Below, piece after piece: positions 24,493 through 36,124 of a DNA stretch of 64,000 nucleotides (its first letter is position 1; every line of letters begins with the position of its first letter). A program made the translations under genes and the position numbers. The notes under the pieces were generated by a model. It was not told the DNA's origin. It saw only the letters and a program-made list of their open reading frames with translations, and did not search any database. Source of the stretch: Chiloscyllium plagiosum (taxonomy: Eukaryota); the NCBI RefSeq assembly GCF_004010195.1, contig NC_057750.1:7651387-7715386 (forward strand). Reading direction: 5' to 3'.

Positions 24493-25079
24493 ATCCAAGT
24501 AATCCACAGACCCACATCCTATTCCAAGGACCAGGTCAGATGGTGGAATTTGAATTGAGTGGAAAAAAAAAACACTAGAATTAAAAGTCTAATGATGACC
24601 GTGAAACTGCTGCTGGATCTTGTAAAGACCCATCTGGTTCGTTCATGTCTTTCAGGAGAAGAATCTGTTGTCCTTGCCTGGTGCGGCCTACATGTGACTC
24701 TAGACCCACAGCAACATGGCCGACTCTTAATTGCCCTGTGAAACAGCCCAGAGAGCCCGTGCATCCAGGGACAAATAAGGATTAACAATAATGGTTGGCC
24801 CAGTCAGTGTCACATCGTGCGAGCCAATTGAATAAAACTATTCCAACAATGGGGCTACTTCTCACGTCCAAACCAATACTGTTTGACCGAACCAACATCA
24901 CACAAAAAAAAACTTCACCAGTGATCAGCCGCATGTTGCTGTGTGGGATCTTGCTCTGCACCTCCCAGCTGTGGCTAAACTTGAAAACCGGCACTACAGC
25001 GTTCTGGGATACCAATGGTCCTCCAAAGGCGCCACAGCAACACAACCCTCTCCCGTCTGAAGCACATCGACCAATTTAC

Positions 25080-25251
25080 CTCATCATTCTGTTGGGGCTG
25101 TCGTCATCGCCGGGGTAACCGTTCTCCGAGCGGTGGCTGGGGGTGGTCGGTGATTCGTCAAAGTCGTCCATGGTCAGGGTTTTGTCCCCGTCGCCGTCGT
25201 CTGTAACATCCTCCATGTTTACGTCAACATCAATGCCAGGGCTCATCACAT
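25080..25251 (-). CDS. PRKD2: PKD exon 7 (172 nt) acidic linker DVMSPGIDVDVNMEDVTDDGDGDKTLTMDDFDESPTTPSHRSENGYPGDDDSPNRMM
   Basis: ctttcag acceptor, gtaaat donor, phase 1 to 2 fits both neighbours; acidic region expected here. Confidence 0.88.
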
Positions 25252-25439
25252 CTGAAAGGGACTGGAGATTCAAAACTTCCGCCCGAGTCCGAATCAGGAC
25301 CTCACAAAGCAGAAAATTCCTCAACAGTTCCAAAAAAATTAGCCACTTCAATCTGAATGGACCAGGATTCTCATTCAGGAGAAAGACCAACAGGCCATGG
25401 TGCCTGGAGGTGCTGTGGACAACAAAGACGTTTACCTCA

Positions 25440-26272
25440 AGAGTACAATGGGACCTTGAGCAGTTGGACTGAGGAGTGGCAAATGCAGTTGAATTTAGAT
25501 AAATGTGAGCCGCATTTTGGAAAGGTAAATCAGTGTGGGACTTATAAGTTTCATGATAAGGTCCTGGGGAGTGTTGCTGAACAAAGACACCTTGGAGTGC
25601 AGGTTCATAGCTCCTTGAACGTGGAGTCGCAGTTAGATGGGATAGTGAAGGTGGCGTTTGGTATGCTTTCCTTTATTGGTCAGTGCATTGAGTATAGGAT
25701 TCTAGATCAGTGGTGCTGGAAGAGCACAGCAATTCAGGCAGCATCCGAGGACAGGCAAAACTGAATTGCTGTGCTCTTCCAGCACCACTGATCCAGAATC
25801 TGGTTTCCAGCATCTGCAGTCATTGTTTTTACCGCATTGAGTATAGGAGTTGGGAGGTCATGTTGCGACTGTACAGGACATTGGTGAGGCCACGTTTGGA
25901 ATACTGTGTTCAATTCTCTGCTGTAGGAAAGATATTGTTAAACTTGAAAGGGTTCAGAAAAGATTTGCAAGGCTATTTCCAGGGTTGGAGGATTTGAGCT
26001 ACAGGGAGAGGCTGAATAGACTGAAGCTGTTTTCCCTGGAGCATCGGAGACTGAGGGGTGACGGGCGAGAAGGGAAAGATTTAAAAGGGACCTAAGGGGC
26101 AACCTTTTCACGCAGAGGGTGGTGCATGTATGGAATGAGCTGCCAGAGGAAGTGGTGGAGGCTGGTACAATTACAGCATTTAAAAGGCATCTGGATGGAT
26201 ACATGAATAGGAAAGATTTAGAGGGATATGGGCCAATTGCTTGTAAATGGGACTAGATTAGAGTATCTGGTC
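25440..26272 (+). mobile_element. CR1-type LINE 3' fragment
   Basis: EEWQMQLNLDKCE..LYRTLVRPRLEYCVQF..WNELPEEVV. Confidence 0.85.
25700..25833. mobile_element. Inverted PLE-end fragment nested in a CR1 LINE
   Basis: 15-bp TSD gcattgagtatagga (25685-25699, 25834-25848); internal inverted arms. Confidence 0.8.
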
Positions 26273-26279
26273 AGCAGAT

Positions 26280-26823
26280 ATCTAATCTAGTCCTGCCCTG
26301 ATTTGCCTTTCCAAAATGCAGCACCTCACATTTATCTAAATTAAACTCCATCTGCCACTCCTCAATCCACTGGCCCATCTGATCAAGATCCCATTGTAAT
26401 CTGAGGTAACCTTCTTCGCTGTCCACTACGCCTCCACTTTTGGTGTCATCTGCAAATTTACTAATTATACCTCTTACGTTCACATCCAAATCATTTATAT
26501 GACAAAAAGCAATGAACCCAATAACGCACCGTATGGCATTCCACCAGCCACAGGCCTCCAGTCTGAAAAGCAACCCTCTACCACCACCACCACCACCCTC
26601 TGTCTTCTGCCTTTGAGTCAGTTCTGTATCCAAATGGCTAGTCCTCCCTGTATTCCACAAGATCTAACCTTGCTCACCAGTCTACCACGAGGAACCTCAT
26701 CAAACGCCTTACTAAAGTCTAAATTGATCACATCCACCACCTTGCCCTCATCAATCCTCTTCGTTACTTCTTCAAATAACTCAATCAAGTTCATGAGACG
26801 TGATTTCCCACACACAAAGCCAG
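26280..26823 (-). mobile_element. CR1-type LINE RT core fragment, inverted relative to its neighbour
   Basis: LDFSKAFDEVPRGRL..SKFADDTKSGGVVDSEEG..WQMEFNLDKCEVLHFG. Confidence 0.88.
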
Positions 26824-26858
26824 TCAAACAGAAAGCATGGAGTACAGTCACTTCTCAC

Positions 26859-26936
26859 CCCCGTTGACGATTGATTCGCCTAAGCAGTCATTGGGCACTT
26901 TCTCGGAGCATCGTTTGTGGCAGTTGAACTTGCAGT
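26859..26936 (-). CDS. PRKD2: PKD exon 6 (78 nt) [26 protein letters not shown]
   Basis: ccacag acceptor, gtgaga donor, phase 1 to 1; completes C1b. Confidence 0.96.
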
Positions 26937-27003
26937 CTGTGGGTTGGGGAGAAAACACAACAAACGGAAGGTCAGACCACAACTCCCTAACGGAGAGGCC
27001 GCG

Positions 27004-27205
27004 CAGTAAATCCTCGGTACCCGCCAGTTCACGATTCGTGAATTCGCCAATCTGTGGCAAAAAAAAAACTTGGCAAAATTCACCACTTGCGGGCAAAACT
27101 CTCATATCTGCGATTTTTAACCTATTTTCAAATGAGCTCCGCACTCGCGAATTTCACCACTCGTAGAGGTTCTCAGAAACAGAACCCTCACGCACATGGA
27201 CTGTA
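27004..27205. mobile_element. Possible Tigger-like MITE relic just upstream of the exon 6 acceptor
   Basis: Starts cagtaaatcctcggtacccgc, ends gactg-ta, CpG-rich (ttcgcg-like motifs); TIR match is partial. Confidence 0.4.
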
Positions 27206-27499
27206 TTTCATTTTGTTAAAATGGAGAGGCAACAGCCTAGTGATGGAGTCACACAGCACAGAAACAGACCCTTCGGTCCAACCAGGCCATGCCGACCCAT
27301 AATCCCAAACTAAACTGTCGCTGGACTGGTAATCCAGATAATAGTCTGGGGACTCTGGGTTTGAATCCTGCCACATCAAATGATGGAATTTGAATTTAGT
27401 TTAAAAAAAAAATCTGGAATTTGAAACATAGGAACATAAGAACCAGGAGCAGGAGTAGGCCCTCTGGCCCCTCAAGCCTGTCCCACCATTCAATAAGAC

Positions 27500-28163
27500 T
27501 ATAGAACATAGAACATAGAACAATACAGCACAGAACAGGCCCTTCGGCCCACGATGTTGTGCCGAACATTTGCCCGAGCTTAAGCACCCATCCATGTACC
27601 TATCCAATTGCCGCTTAAAGGTCACCAACCCCTTATCCTTCGCCGTTCCAATGAGAAAAGGCCTAGCACTCTCAACCTATCCTCGTACGACCTATTCTCC
27701 ATTCCCGGCAACATCCTGGTAAATCTTCTCTGCACCCTCTCCAAAGCTTCCATATCTTTCCTAAAGTGAGGCGACCAGAACTGCACACAGTACTCCAAAT
27801 GTGTCCTGTACAGTTGCAACATCACTTCACGACTCTTGATTTCAATCCCTCTGCTAATGAACGCTAATACACCATAGGCCTTCTTACAAGCTCTATCCAC
27901 CTGAGTGGCAACTTTCAAAGATCTATGAACATAGACGCCAAGATCCCTCTGTTCCTCCACCTCACTAAGAACCTTACCATTAACCCTGTATTCCACATTC
28001 TTATTTGTCTTTCCAAAATGGACAACCTCAAACTTGGCAGGGTTGAACTCCATCTGCCACTCCTCAGCCCAGCTCTGCATCATATCTAAGTCTCTTTACA
28101 ACCGACAACAGCCCTCCTCACTATCCACAACTCCACCAATCTTCATATCATCTGCAAATTTGA
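27500..28163 (-). mobile_element. CR1-type LINE fragment
   Basis: WQMEFNPAKFEVVHFG..ALERVQRRFTRMLPG; (ttctatg)n tail. Confidence 0.85.
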
Positions 28164-28643
28164 CTATGACTGATCTTTATCATGGGCTCAGCTCACCATA
28201 ACCTTTAATCCCTTTACTGTTCAAAGATCTACCTCTGTCTTAAAATCATTCAACAAGGAAGCCTCAACAGCTTCACTGGGCAGGGAATTCCACAGATTCA
28301 CAACCCTCTGGGGGGAAGAAATTCCTCCTCAGCTCAGTCCAAAATCTGCTCTCCCCTTATTTTGAGGCTATGCCCTGTAGTTCTAGTTTCATCCCCGAGT
28401 GGAAGCAGCCTTTTTATTTTTGAGGTTATGTGCAATGGTTCTAATTTCACCTTATCTATTCCTTACTCTTCAAAAATCTATCTAATGATGACCATGAATC
28501 CATTGTTGATTCTTGTAAAACCCATCTGGGTCATTAATGCCCTTTAGGGAAGGAAACTGCTATCCTTACCTGGTCTGGGCCTACACATGACTCCAGACCC
28601 ACAGCAATGTGGTTGACTCTTAACTGGGCAATGGGCAATAAAT

Positions 28644-28804
28644 ACAGCAGGTCAGGCAGCATCCGAGGAGCAGGAAAATTGATGTTTCAGGCCTGAAACG
28701 TCGATTTTCCCTGTTCCTTTGAGACTGCCTGACCTGCTGTGCTTTTCCAGCACCACTCTAATCTTAACTCTAATCTCCAGCATCTGCAGTACCCACTTTC
28801 ACCT
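28644..28804. mobile_element. Inverted PLE-end fragment nested in a SINE tail
   Basis: 14-bp TSD aatgggcaataaat (28630-28643, 28805-28818). Confidence 0.78.
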
Positions 28805-29137
28805 AATGGGCAATAAATGCTGGCCTAGTAGTGACCCCTCATCCTGTGAGTGAATAAAAATGAACTTGAACTCTTCATCAAAACTCTGCACCTTTTGGAT
28901 GGTTGACGTAACAAAACATTGGGTCTTTTTTGTGGTGGTCACACTCTCTCTCTCTCTCTCTCTCCTCTTCCATCACCAATAACCTCTCCTCCCTCTCTCT
29001 CACCTCCAGCACCTCTCCTGAGTATCTCTTCCCCCTCCTGCGGTCTTTCCTCAGGTATACATTGGACAACGTTCGAATTGCAAACCCTAACACATCACAG
29101 AGTGACCAAGATCCCCAGCTGCCAAATGCGCACTGAC

Positions 29138-29345
29138 CTTTGCACTGTAGCCCCTGACGGAACAGCCCCTTCAGCAATTTCTTGCAGGACTGGCAGACGG
29201 TGGGCCGGGTGTAGGAGTGCACAGCGAACGTGTGTGGAACCTTGACCTTTGACAGGAAGATTTTGTCCAGCTCAATCGGCCGTCCCGTGTAGATGCCCAG
29301 GTTCAGACGCTTTTCCTTCAGAGACACTGTTTCCACCAAGCTCTT
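29138..29345 (-). CDS. PRKD2: PKD exon 5 (208 nt) [28 protein letters not shown]...QGLQCK, C1b start
   Basis: pyrimidine tract plus tacag acceptor, gtcagt donor, phase 0 to 1; [37 protein letters not shown]. Confidence 0.93.
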
Positions 29346-29474
29346 CTGTACTTGAAGAAAGCCAGGGCCAGAGGGAGATGGACAGAGAAAGATTGGGAAG
29401 AGAAAATGTTTTAAAAGGTCAGACATTAAAGATCCAAAATTTCAAGCCTCCAAAATTTAAGAGAAGCAACAACT

Positions 29475-29770
29475 TTGTGGTATTATCGCTGGATGCAGAG
29501 GACCAGGTAAGGTTTGGGGACCTGGGTTCAAATCCCGCCACAGCAGATGATACAATTTCAATTCGATAAAAACCCGGAATTAAGTCTCTCATGATGACCA
29601 TGAATCCATTGTCGATTTTTGGAAAAACCCATCTGGTTCACTGATGTCCTTTAGGGAAGGAAACTGTCATCCTTACCTGGTCTTAACTCTTAACCCCGTC
29701 TGGGTAATTAGGGGTGGGCAATAAATGCTGGCCTCGCCAGCAATGCCCTTATCCCGTGAATGAAAAAGGC
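29475..29770 (+). mobile_element. Second tRNA-derived SINE family (other copies ~9085-9725, 10830-11140, 24495-24835, 28480-28860, 57965-58115, 62935-63395)
   Basis: Head gtggtattatcgctgga..gggttcaaatcccgcc, body aaacccatctggttcact.atgtcctttagggaagg, tail aataaatgctggcct..tgaatgaa. Confidence 0.7.
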
Positions 29771-30134
29771 AATTTAGTGAAGGATGTTTTTTCCCAAACC
29801 CCTGGCAAATATGCAGCTCGAGCAAACACCAAAAAAACACCAGGTAGACATTCGACCCACCTTGGTTTGTGTAAACTGGCTGATACTGACCATGCAATAC
29901 TCCAAAATGCACCAAATCATTAGAACACACTTTGGGACATCACAGTTGTTCATTAAGGTACCAAACAACGACTCTCATCCAATAATTTGCCAATACCCTC
30001 ACAAGCAGCACTTAAAGAGAGAGGAAACCAACTGTTCAGACATCCTTATGGGATCCTGCTGTGTATAAAACAGCTGTATTTTCTAATATAACATCAGTCT
30101 TCAAAGCATCTGTCTTCAAAGCAATGTTTGGGGT

Positions 30135-30465
30135 AGCTTAGCACTGTTGCCTCACAGAGCGAGGGACCCGGATTCGATCCCACCCTTGGGGGGCTGTCTT
30201 GTGGAGTTTGCACATTCTCCCTGCGTTTGCATGGATTTCCTCTGGATGCTCCGGTTTCCTCCCATAGTCCAAAGATGTGCAAGTTAGGGTTGATTGGCCG
30301 TGCTATGTTGCTCCATTGTGTCCAGGGATGTGCAGACTAGGTGAGCTAGCCATGGGAAACGCAGTGTTGTAGGGTATGGGGCTGGGGCTATGCAAGACAG
30401 CCTTTGGAGGGTTGATACAGACTCAATGGGCCGAATGGCCTCTTTCCATGCTGTAGGGATTCCAT
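30135..30465 (+). mobile_element. HE1/V-SINE-type SINE
   Basis: B box, V-domain, tail. Confidence 0.75.
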
Positions 30466-30721
30466 GAATTATCTAAAAATGTTAAGTACGGTTAAAGGAC
30501 ATCATTTCCAAATCTGCCATGAGGTCCTCCTTTGGGGCCAAGTTCAAGTTATGCTCAATGTCTGATCAGAGGGTCATTAATCTTTGTGATTCTCCAGAGC
30601 AGTGGAGGTAGACGGAGAGTGCATACATTCACAGCCGAGTTAGATAGATGTTTACCCAACAAGGGAATCGACATTTACAGGGGAAAGGGATGGAAAGTGG
30701 AGATGAAGGCACAATCAAATC

Positions 30722-31152
30722 AGCCAGGATTGTTGCCGGGAATGGAGGGTTTGAGTTTTAAGGACAGACGAGGACTCTTTCTCTCCCAGAGCATAGGAGG
30801 TGGAGGGGTGACCTTATAGAGGCTTATAAAATCATGAGGGACATGGTTAAGATGAGTAGCCAAGGTCTTTACCCCAGATTATGGGAATCCAAAACTAGTG
30901 GGCAAAGGTTTAAGGTGAGACGGGAAACTTTTTCACCCAGAGGGTGGTACGTGTATGGAATGAGCTGCCAGAGGAAGTGGTGGAGGCTGGTACAATTACA
31001 ACATTTATAAGGCATCTGGGTGGGTATATGAATAGGAAGGGATTAGAGGGATATGGGCCAAGCGCTGGCAAGTGGGACTAGATTAACTTTGGTTATCGAG
31101 TCAGCATGGACGAGTTGGGCTGAAGGGCCTGTGACTGTGCTGTGTGACTGTA
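30722..31152 (+). mobile_element. CR1-type LINE 3' fragment
   Basis: Standard 3' region and tail. Confidence 0.75.
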
Positions 31153-31271
31153 TCAAAATGCACTGCATTGGGGTTTTCCCAGGATTAAAACAAAACACAA
31201 TAGGGATTGGAGAACAAGCTTTTAAACAGGATCAGGGTCGATAAGATGGAGTTAATAACTCAGCAGTTTAC

Positions 31272-31432
31272 CACCTGGGTGTCACTCGGTGAAGTGAGGA
31301 GGAGCTCAGCGACTGACAATCGCGAGCTGATGGATCCTGTCAGCGAGGTGTTGGACAGTCGCCTCTTTCTGGCCCCACTGCAGTTATTCGGGATGCTAAA
31401 CGCACACCTCTTGTGGTAGTTCAGTCCGCAAC
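31272..31432 (-). CDS. PRKD2: PKD exon 4 (161 nt, or 158 with the upstream donor) [54 protein letters not shown]
   Basis: aaacag acceptor; donor GTG|gtaaac or CAG|gtggta, both phase 0. Confidence 0.93.
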
Positions 31433-31836
31433 CTGTTTCCAAAATAGAACAAAACATGGAGGACATTACACACAGGGTTTTCCCCTCTTCCCCCCCCCCC
31501 ATCCCAAGTCTACTCCCACCACCTCCAGCCAACCCTGGTACAAAAAGGCCAGAAATAATACTTTGCATTGCTATAGCACCTCCAAATCCAGGTGCTTCAC
31601 TGGAGCAATTTACGAAGCACAACCTTGGAAGACTCACATCATGAGTTACTAGGTGAATTGTCCAAACGTTTGTTCAACAAGGTGGATTTTAAGAGGCATC
31701 TTAAAAGGGCGATGAGATATATAGTGACCGGAATGGGGTCAGTCAAGTGGTCCTCATAGAATCTGAGCTCCCTGACTGGGGTTGTTAATCTGGTCCAATC
31801 AGGGAGCCCTGGCTGACAGATAGAAACAGGAGTGTC

Positions 31837-31927
31837 TTCCTGGTGGTAGAAATTGAATAAAGATTCGTGCACTTTGTGTCTCGCACTGTGTCTCACACCA
31901 GCACAAAAAAAAAGAAAAAAAAAAAAA
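31837..31927 (+). mobile_element. Short polyadenylated retroposed insert in the Gypsy LTR
   Basis: AATAAA (31856-31861), ~20-nt A tail, 15-bp TSD agaaacaggagtgtc (31822-31836, 31928-31942). Confidence 0.85.
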
Positions 31928-33654
31928 AGAAACAGGAGTGTCAGGGGTTCTGTTCACTCAGAGCTGGCTCTGAGGGAGCAGGATCAGCGTCAAGAAGTCT
32001 CCACACGTAAATAAAGGGAGACGGGATACCAGCCTCTATGGAGTTATTGCAATGGCCACGAGACATTCCTGAAGAAATTCACACGCAACTGTTGTCTTTT
32101 GAGTTTGATAGGTATTTCTGGCATCATGCTGTTATTTGGGAAGCTTGATTCCTTTGATCCTGCCAAAGACAAGGCCTTGTACAGGGAAGATGTTAGTTTT
32201 TTCTCTGCAAATGACACTGGGGGCAAATGAAAAGCAACGAGTTGTTCTCCTGGCAGCTTGTGGACCCACAGCTAGTTCAGTTATTTGGAGTCTAATGTTC
32301 CCTGAGGCACCAGATACCAAAACCTTTCAATGAGCTGCCAGAGGATGTGGTGGAGGCTGGTACAATTACAACATTTAAGAGGCATTTGGATGGGTATATG
32401 AGTAGGAAGGGTTTGGAGGGATATGGCCTGGGTGCTGGCAGGTGGGACTAGATTGGGTTGGGATATCTGGTCGGCATGGATGGGTTGGACCGAAGGGCCT
32501 GTTTCCATGCTGTACATCTCTATGACTCTAAGTGTTGATGGATTTAGTTATGGAATATTATGACCCCAAGCCTCTAATTCTGGGACGCTATTGGTTTTAC
32601 TCAGTAATTCAAGAACTAGGGGAATCCATATTGGGATTTTTGATGAGCTTAAGGTAACCTGGCAGAGGCATGTGACTTTGGTTTAAGTCTGAATGAGATG
32701 CTGAGACGGTTTGGGATGTGGCATTAATGATATAACCATGCAAAAGTGCCTACCAGCTGAAACCCAACTGGACTTGAACCAGGCACTACACCTGGCTTTG
32801 TCGTTGGAAAATGCAGTAAGTGGAGCGTATGAGTTGAGGGTATTCCGATGGAAGTGGGCACCCTCGCCAATCTGAGTGAGCTTGGGCGAAGGCAATTGCA
32901 CAGCCTCATTCAGGACATTATCCTGGACAGAGGGACTCTAGCTCAGCTCACAACTAAACCCCAAAACAAACCCAAACAGTTCAAATTCCCTGCAGGGTGC
33001 GGGTGGGCAGCTGCTGCCGGTGTGTGGACTCAAGACAGCAAAAGAGTCCAACTAGACCTCAGCTGAGTAAGAGAGCTCACAGGCTGGAGAGTGCACACCC
33101 TGGAAAGCCCACCTACATCTGGTCTGGAACAGTTACATTGCTTAGCAACATCCAAATCTGAACCAATCGAAATAAACCTCTGATGAAATGGTGACCCGGT
33201 TCTAATGGAGGACGATACCAGTGCGGCTATATCAGTGATTGCAGAACCAGTCTTTAACAAAATTCGCTCCGGACTCCAACTCTTTAGTTTGCACAAGACC
33301 TCGGTCAGACTGAGAGCCTATACCCAGGAACCTTTACAGATTAAAAGGTACAACTTCGGTTCCGGTCTCTTATGAGAAACAGCTGGTTCAGTTCCCACTG
33401 ATTGTAGTAAAAGGTTTGGGCCCGAGCTCGATGGGGTGAAATTGGTTGAGAAAGATTCACTTTGACTGGCTCAACCTTTTTCGATTAGAGAGTGGCTGCC
33501 TGATTGACGTCCTAATTAAATACCGGAAGGTTCTTCAGGAAGGTCTAGGGTCTATCAATGGAGCCAAGGTCAGCTGGCATGTTGACCAGGAAGTAATTCC
33601 ACGATTCTGCAAGGCCTGCTCAGTGCCACCTGCCTCATGGGCAGAGGTATTTGC

Positions 33655-34220
33655 AGAAATGCTGTAGCTGTTACAAAACTCTGGTGCGGCCCCACCTGGA
33701 GTATTGCATACAGTCCTGGTCACCGCATTATAGAAAGGATGTGGAAGCTTTGGAAAGGATGCAGAGGAGATTTACCAGGATGTTGGCTGGTATGGAGGGA
33801 GGGTCTTATGAGGAAAGGCTGAGGGACTTCAGACTGTTTTTGTTGGAGAGAGAAAAGTTGAGAGGTGACTTAATAGAGACATACAAGATAATCAGAGGGT
33901 TAGATAGGGTGGACAGTGAGAGCCTTTTTCCTCTGATGGTGATGGCTAGCATGAGGGGACATAGATTTAAATCGAGGGGTAATAGATATAGGACAGGCGT
34001 CAGAGGTAGATTCTTTACTCAGAGAGTAATAGGGGTGTGGAACGCACTGCCTGCAACAGTAGTAGACTCGCCAACTTTAAGGGCATTTAAATGGTCATTG
34101 GATAAACACATGGATGAGAATGAAATAGTGTAGGCTAGATGGGCTTCAGATTGGTTCCACAGGTTGGCGCAACATTGAGGGCCGAAGGGCTTGTACCGTG
34201 CTGGAATGTTCTATGTTCTA
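33655..34220 (+). mobile_element. CR1-type LINE 3' fragment nested in Gypsy pol
   Basis: YKTLVRPHLEYCIQSWSP..FFTQRVIGVWNALP; another CR1 end at 32329-32530 splits gag. Confidence 0.85.
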
Positions 34221-34526
34221 AATCAGGAGGCTGGAAAGTGAGGGAATCATCAAAGCCAGCCCAGTTTGTGGAACGGGCAGCGCTGCGGTGTACTGATTGT
34301 GAAGCCTAACGGGACAGTTCACCTGTTAAACCAACGGTAAACCATTTCTCACTGCTGGAGAAGTGCGATCTGGTATTGACATGCGATGCCTACCTGCACA
34401 GCATCGAGATAATATTAGCTCATAGGTGGCCCAAGGGATAGGAACGCCCAATAGCATTTAGGTCTTTAGGTAACGCAGAGCATAAATATGCCCAGATAGA
34501 GAAGGTAGGTTTGGGGGGTCATATTT

Positions 34527-34755
34527 CGATGTAGGTTTGCTCACTGAGCTGGAAGGTTCATTTCCAGATGTTTCGTCACCCTATTAGGAAACATCTTCAG
34601 TGGGCCTCTGGGTGAAGCACTGTTGCTGATTCCTGCTTTCTATTTATATGTTTGTGTTCCTTTGTTTTGGTGATGTCATTTTCGGTGGTGATGTCATTTC
34701 CTGCGGTGATGTCATTTCCTGTTCTTTTTCTCAAGGGGTGGCAAATGGGGTCTAC
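34527..34755 (-). mobile_element. PLE-end fragment (family D) nested in Gypsy RNase H
   Basis: 10-bp TSD ggtcatattt (34517-34526, 34756-34765); homologous to 310-405. Confidence 0.75.
34564..34603 (-). ncRNA. Decayed hammerhead motif (family D)
   Basis: CCA-CUGAAGA-U-GUUUCC(UAAUAG)GGUGAC-GAAAC-AUC|UGG; stem II mismatch and GUC to AUC change. Confidence 0.45.
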
Positions 34756-35924
34756 GGTCATATTTAGGGTCAGGAAGTTCCACCAATACCTTTACGGATA
34801 CAAATTTGTAATATTAATGGACCACAAAGTCCTGCTAGGTCTACTTAAAGACTAGGCAAGTGAATGCAGATGCATTGAGCCACCTCCCCCGGCAGATACC
34901 CCACCGGTGGGACTGCCACTGGAAGAGTCTGTCACGGTTTTAAATTTCCTGACCACAATTCCAGTCACAGCTGACAATATCAGAGTTTGGACACAGAAAG
35001 TTTTGGTCGTGGCAAAACTGAAACAGCTGGGGGTGATGGGGGTGGGGGGTGGGGGGCATGAGAACCAAAGGGTTGTCACAACATGCAGGTTCAAGTGGGA
35101 TTGATGGGATACCTCCATGGAGAGTTAGCATGGACCCGACGGGCCAAATGGCCTTACTTGAGGGCATAAATGACTCCCTGGCACCAGGAAGGATTCTCCA
35201 GCTCTTCAGCAAAATAGTGCCATGGAATACTTTACCCAACAGAGTCTTTAATTAATATCTCAGCCAAAGGAGAGAGTCTCCCAATGGGGCAGCACTCCCG
35301 CAGTCCTGACACCGGGAGCATCAGCCCAGATATTGCACATAAGCTTCCGGAGTGGAGCGAAAGGCTTCTGATCTAGTGGCATGGGAAAGGAGTTCACGAG
35401 TGGAATGAGCCCTGGCTGTTTTGTGCTTGTTCCACATCCGACTGCACAGATCCCAAGCCTCAGGAATTTGGGAATGTGGGCAGGGATTATACACGGCACT
35501 ACTGGGACATGGAAGCATTAGGTAAACGCCGGTGCTTTGCAATGTCACACCGAGGCCTTATAGAAAGATCATAGAATTATTAAGACACTGAGGCCTTTCG
35601 GCCTGTTGTGTCAGTGCTATACCTCGACCATAGCTACCCAATTCCACCTCTCCCCCCCTCCCCCCAACCTTCTCAGATAATTATCCAATGTTCAGTTGTC
35701 CTGAGGCCTCTCTCCTGTTCTTTCCAAGTTTGGAATAAAAAGGGAAGCCAAGAAAAGCCTTTTCCATCTTAAATGATGACAGCACAGGATACGAAACCAG
35801 GATGAGGCTGGGAAAAATCACAAAAAGGAAACAAGGTGAATCCTGCAGAAACAAGTTAGGACAGGATCGGGCAAGCTGGGGGTAGGTGCCAGGTAGTGCT
35901 GGGAAATGACTGACTCAGTTCATC

Positions 35925-36124
35925 TCAGAGAAAGTGAGGACTGCTGATGCTGGAGATCAGAGTCGAGAGTGTGGTGCTGGAAAAGCACAGCCGGTCAGGC
36001 AGCATCCGAGGAGCAGGCGAATCAACATTCCTGATGAAGGGCTTTTGCCTGAAACGTTGATTCTCCTAAACTTCGGATGCTGCCTGACCTGCTGTGCTTT
36101 TCCAGCACCACAATCCCGACTCTA
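35925..36124. mobile_element. Inverted PLE-end element (family A)
   Basis: 12-bp TSD actcagttcatc (35913-35924, 36125-36136); inverted arms. Confidence 0.78.
36027..36062 (+). ncRNA. Hammerhead motif (family A), slightly decayed
   Basis: AUUC-CUGAUGA-A-GGGC(UUUU)GCCU-GAAAC-GUU|GAUU. Confidence 0.5.

Larger units (their letters stand above)
31722..35035 (+). mobile_element. Decayed Ty3/Gypsy LTR retrotransposon (5' LTR, PBS, gag, protease, partial RT, RNase H)
   Basis: LTR-like 31722-32051 with AATAAA, then PBS-like tggccacgag; gag MLLFGKLDSFDP..KQRVVLLAACGPTA..FPEAPDTKTFQ; protease NGDPVLMEDDTSAAISVI; RNase H LVLTCDA..ERPIAF..KYAQIEK..VRKFHQYLYGYKFVILMDHK; many frameshifts; no 3' LTR found. 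Confidence 0.85.
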
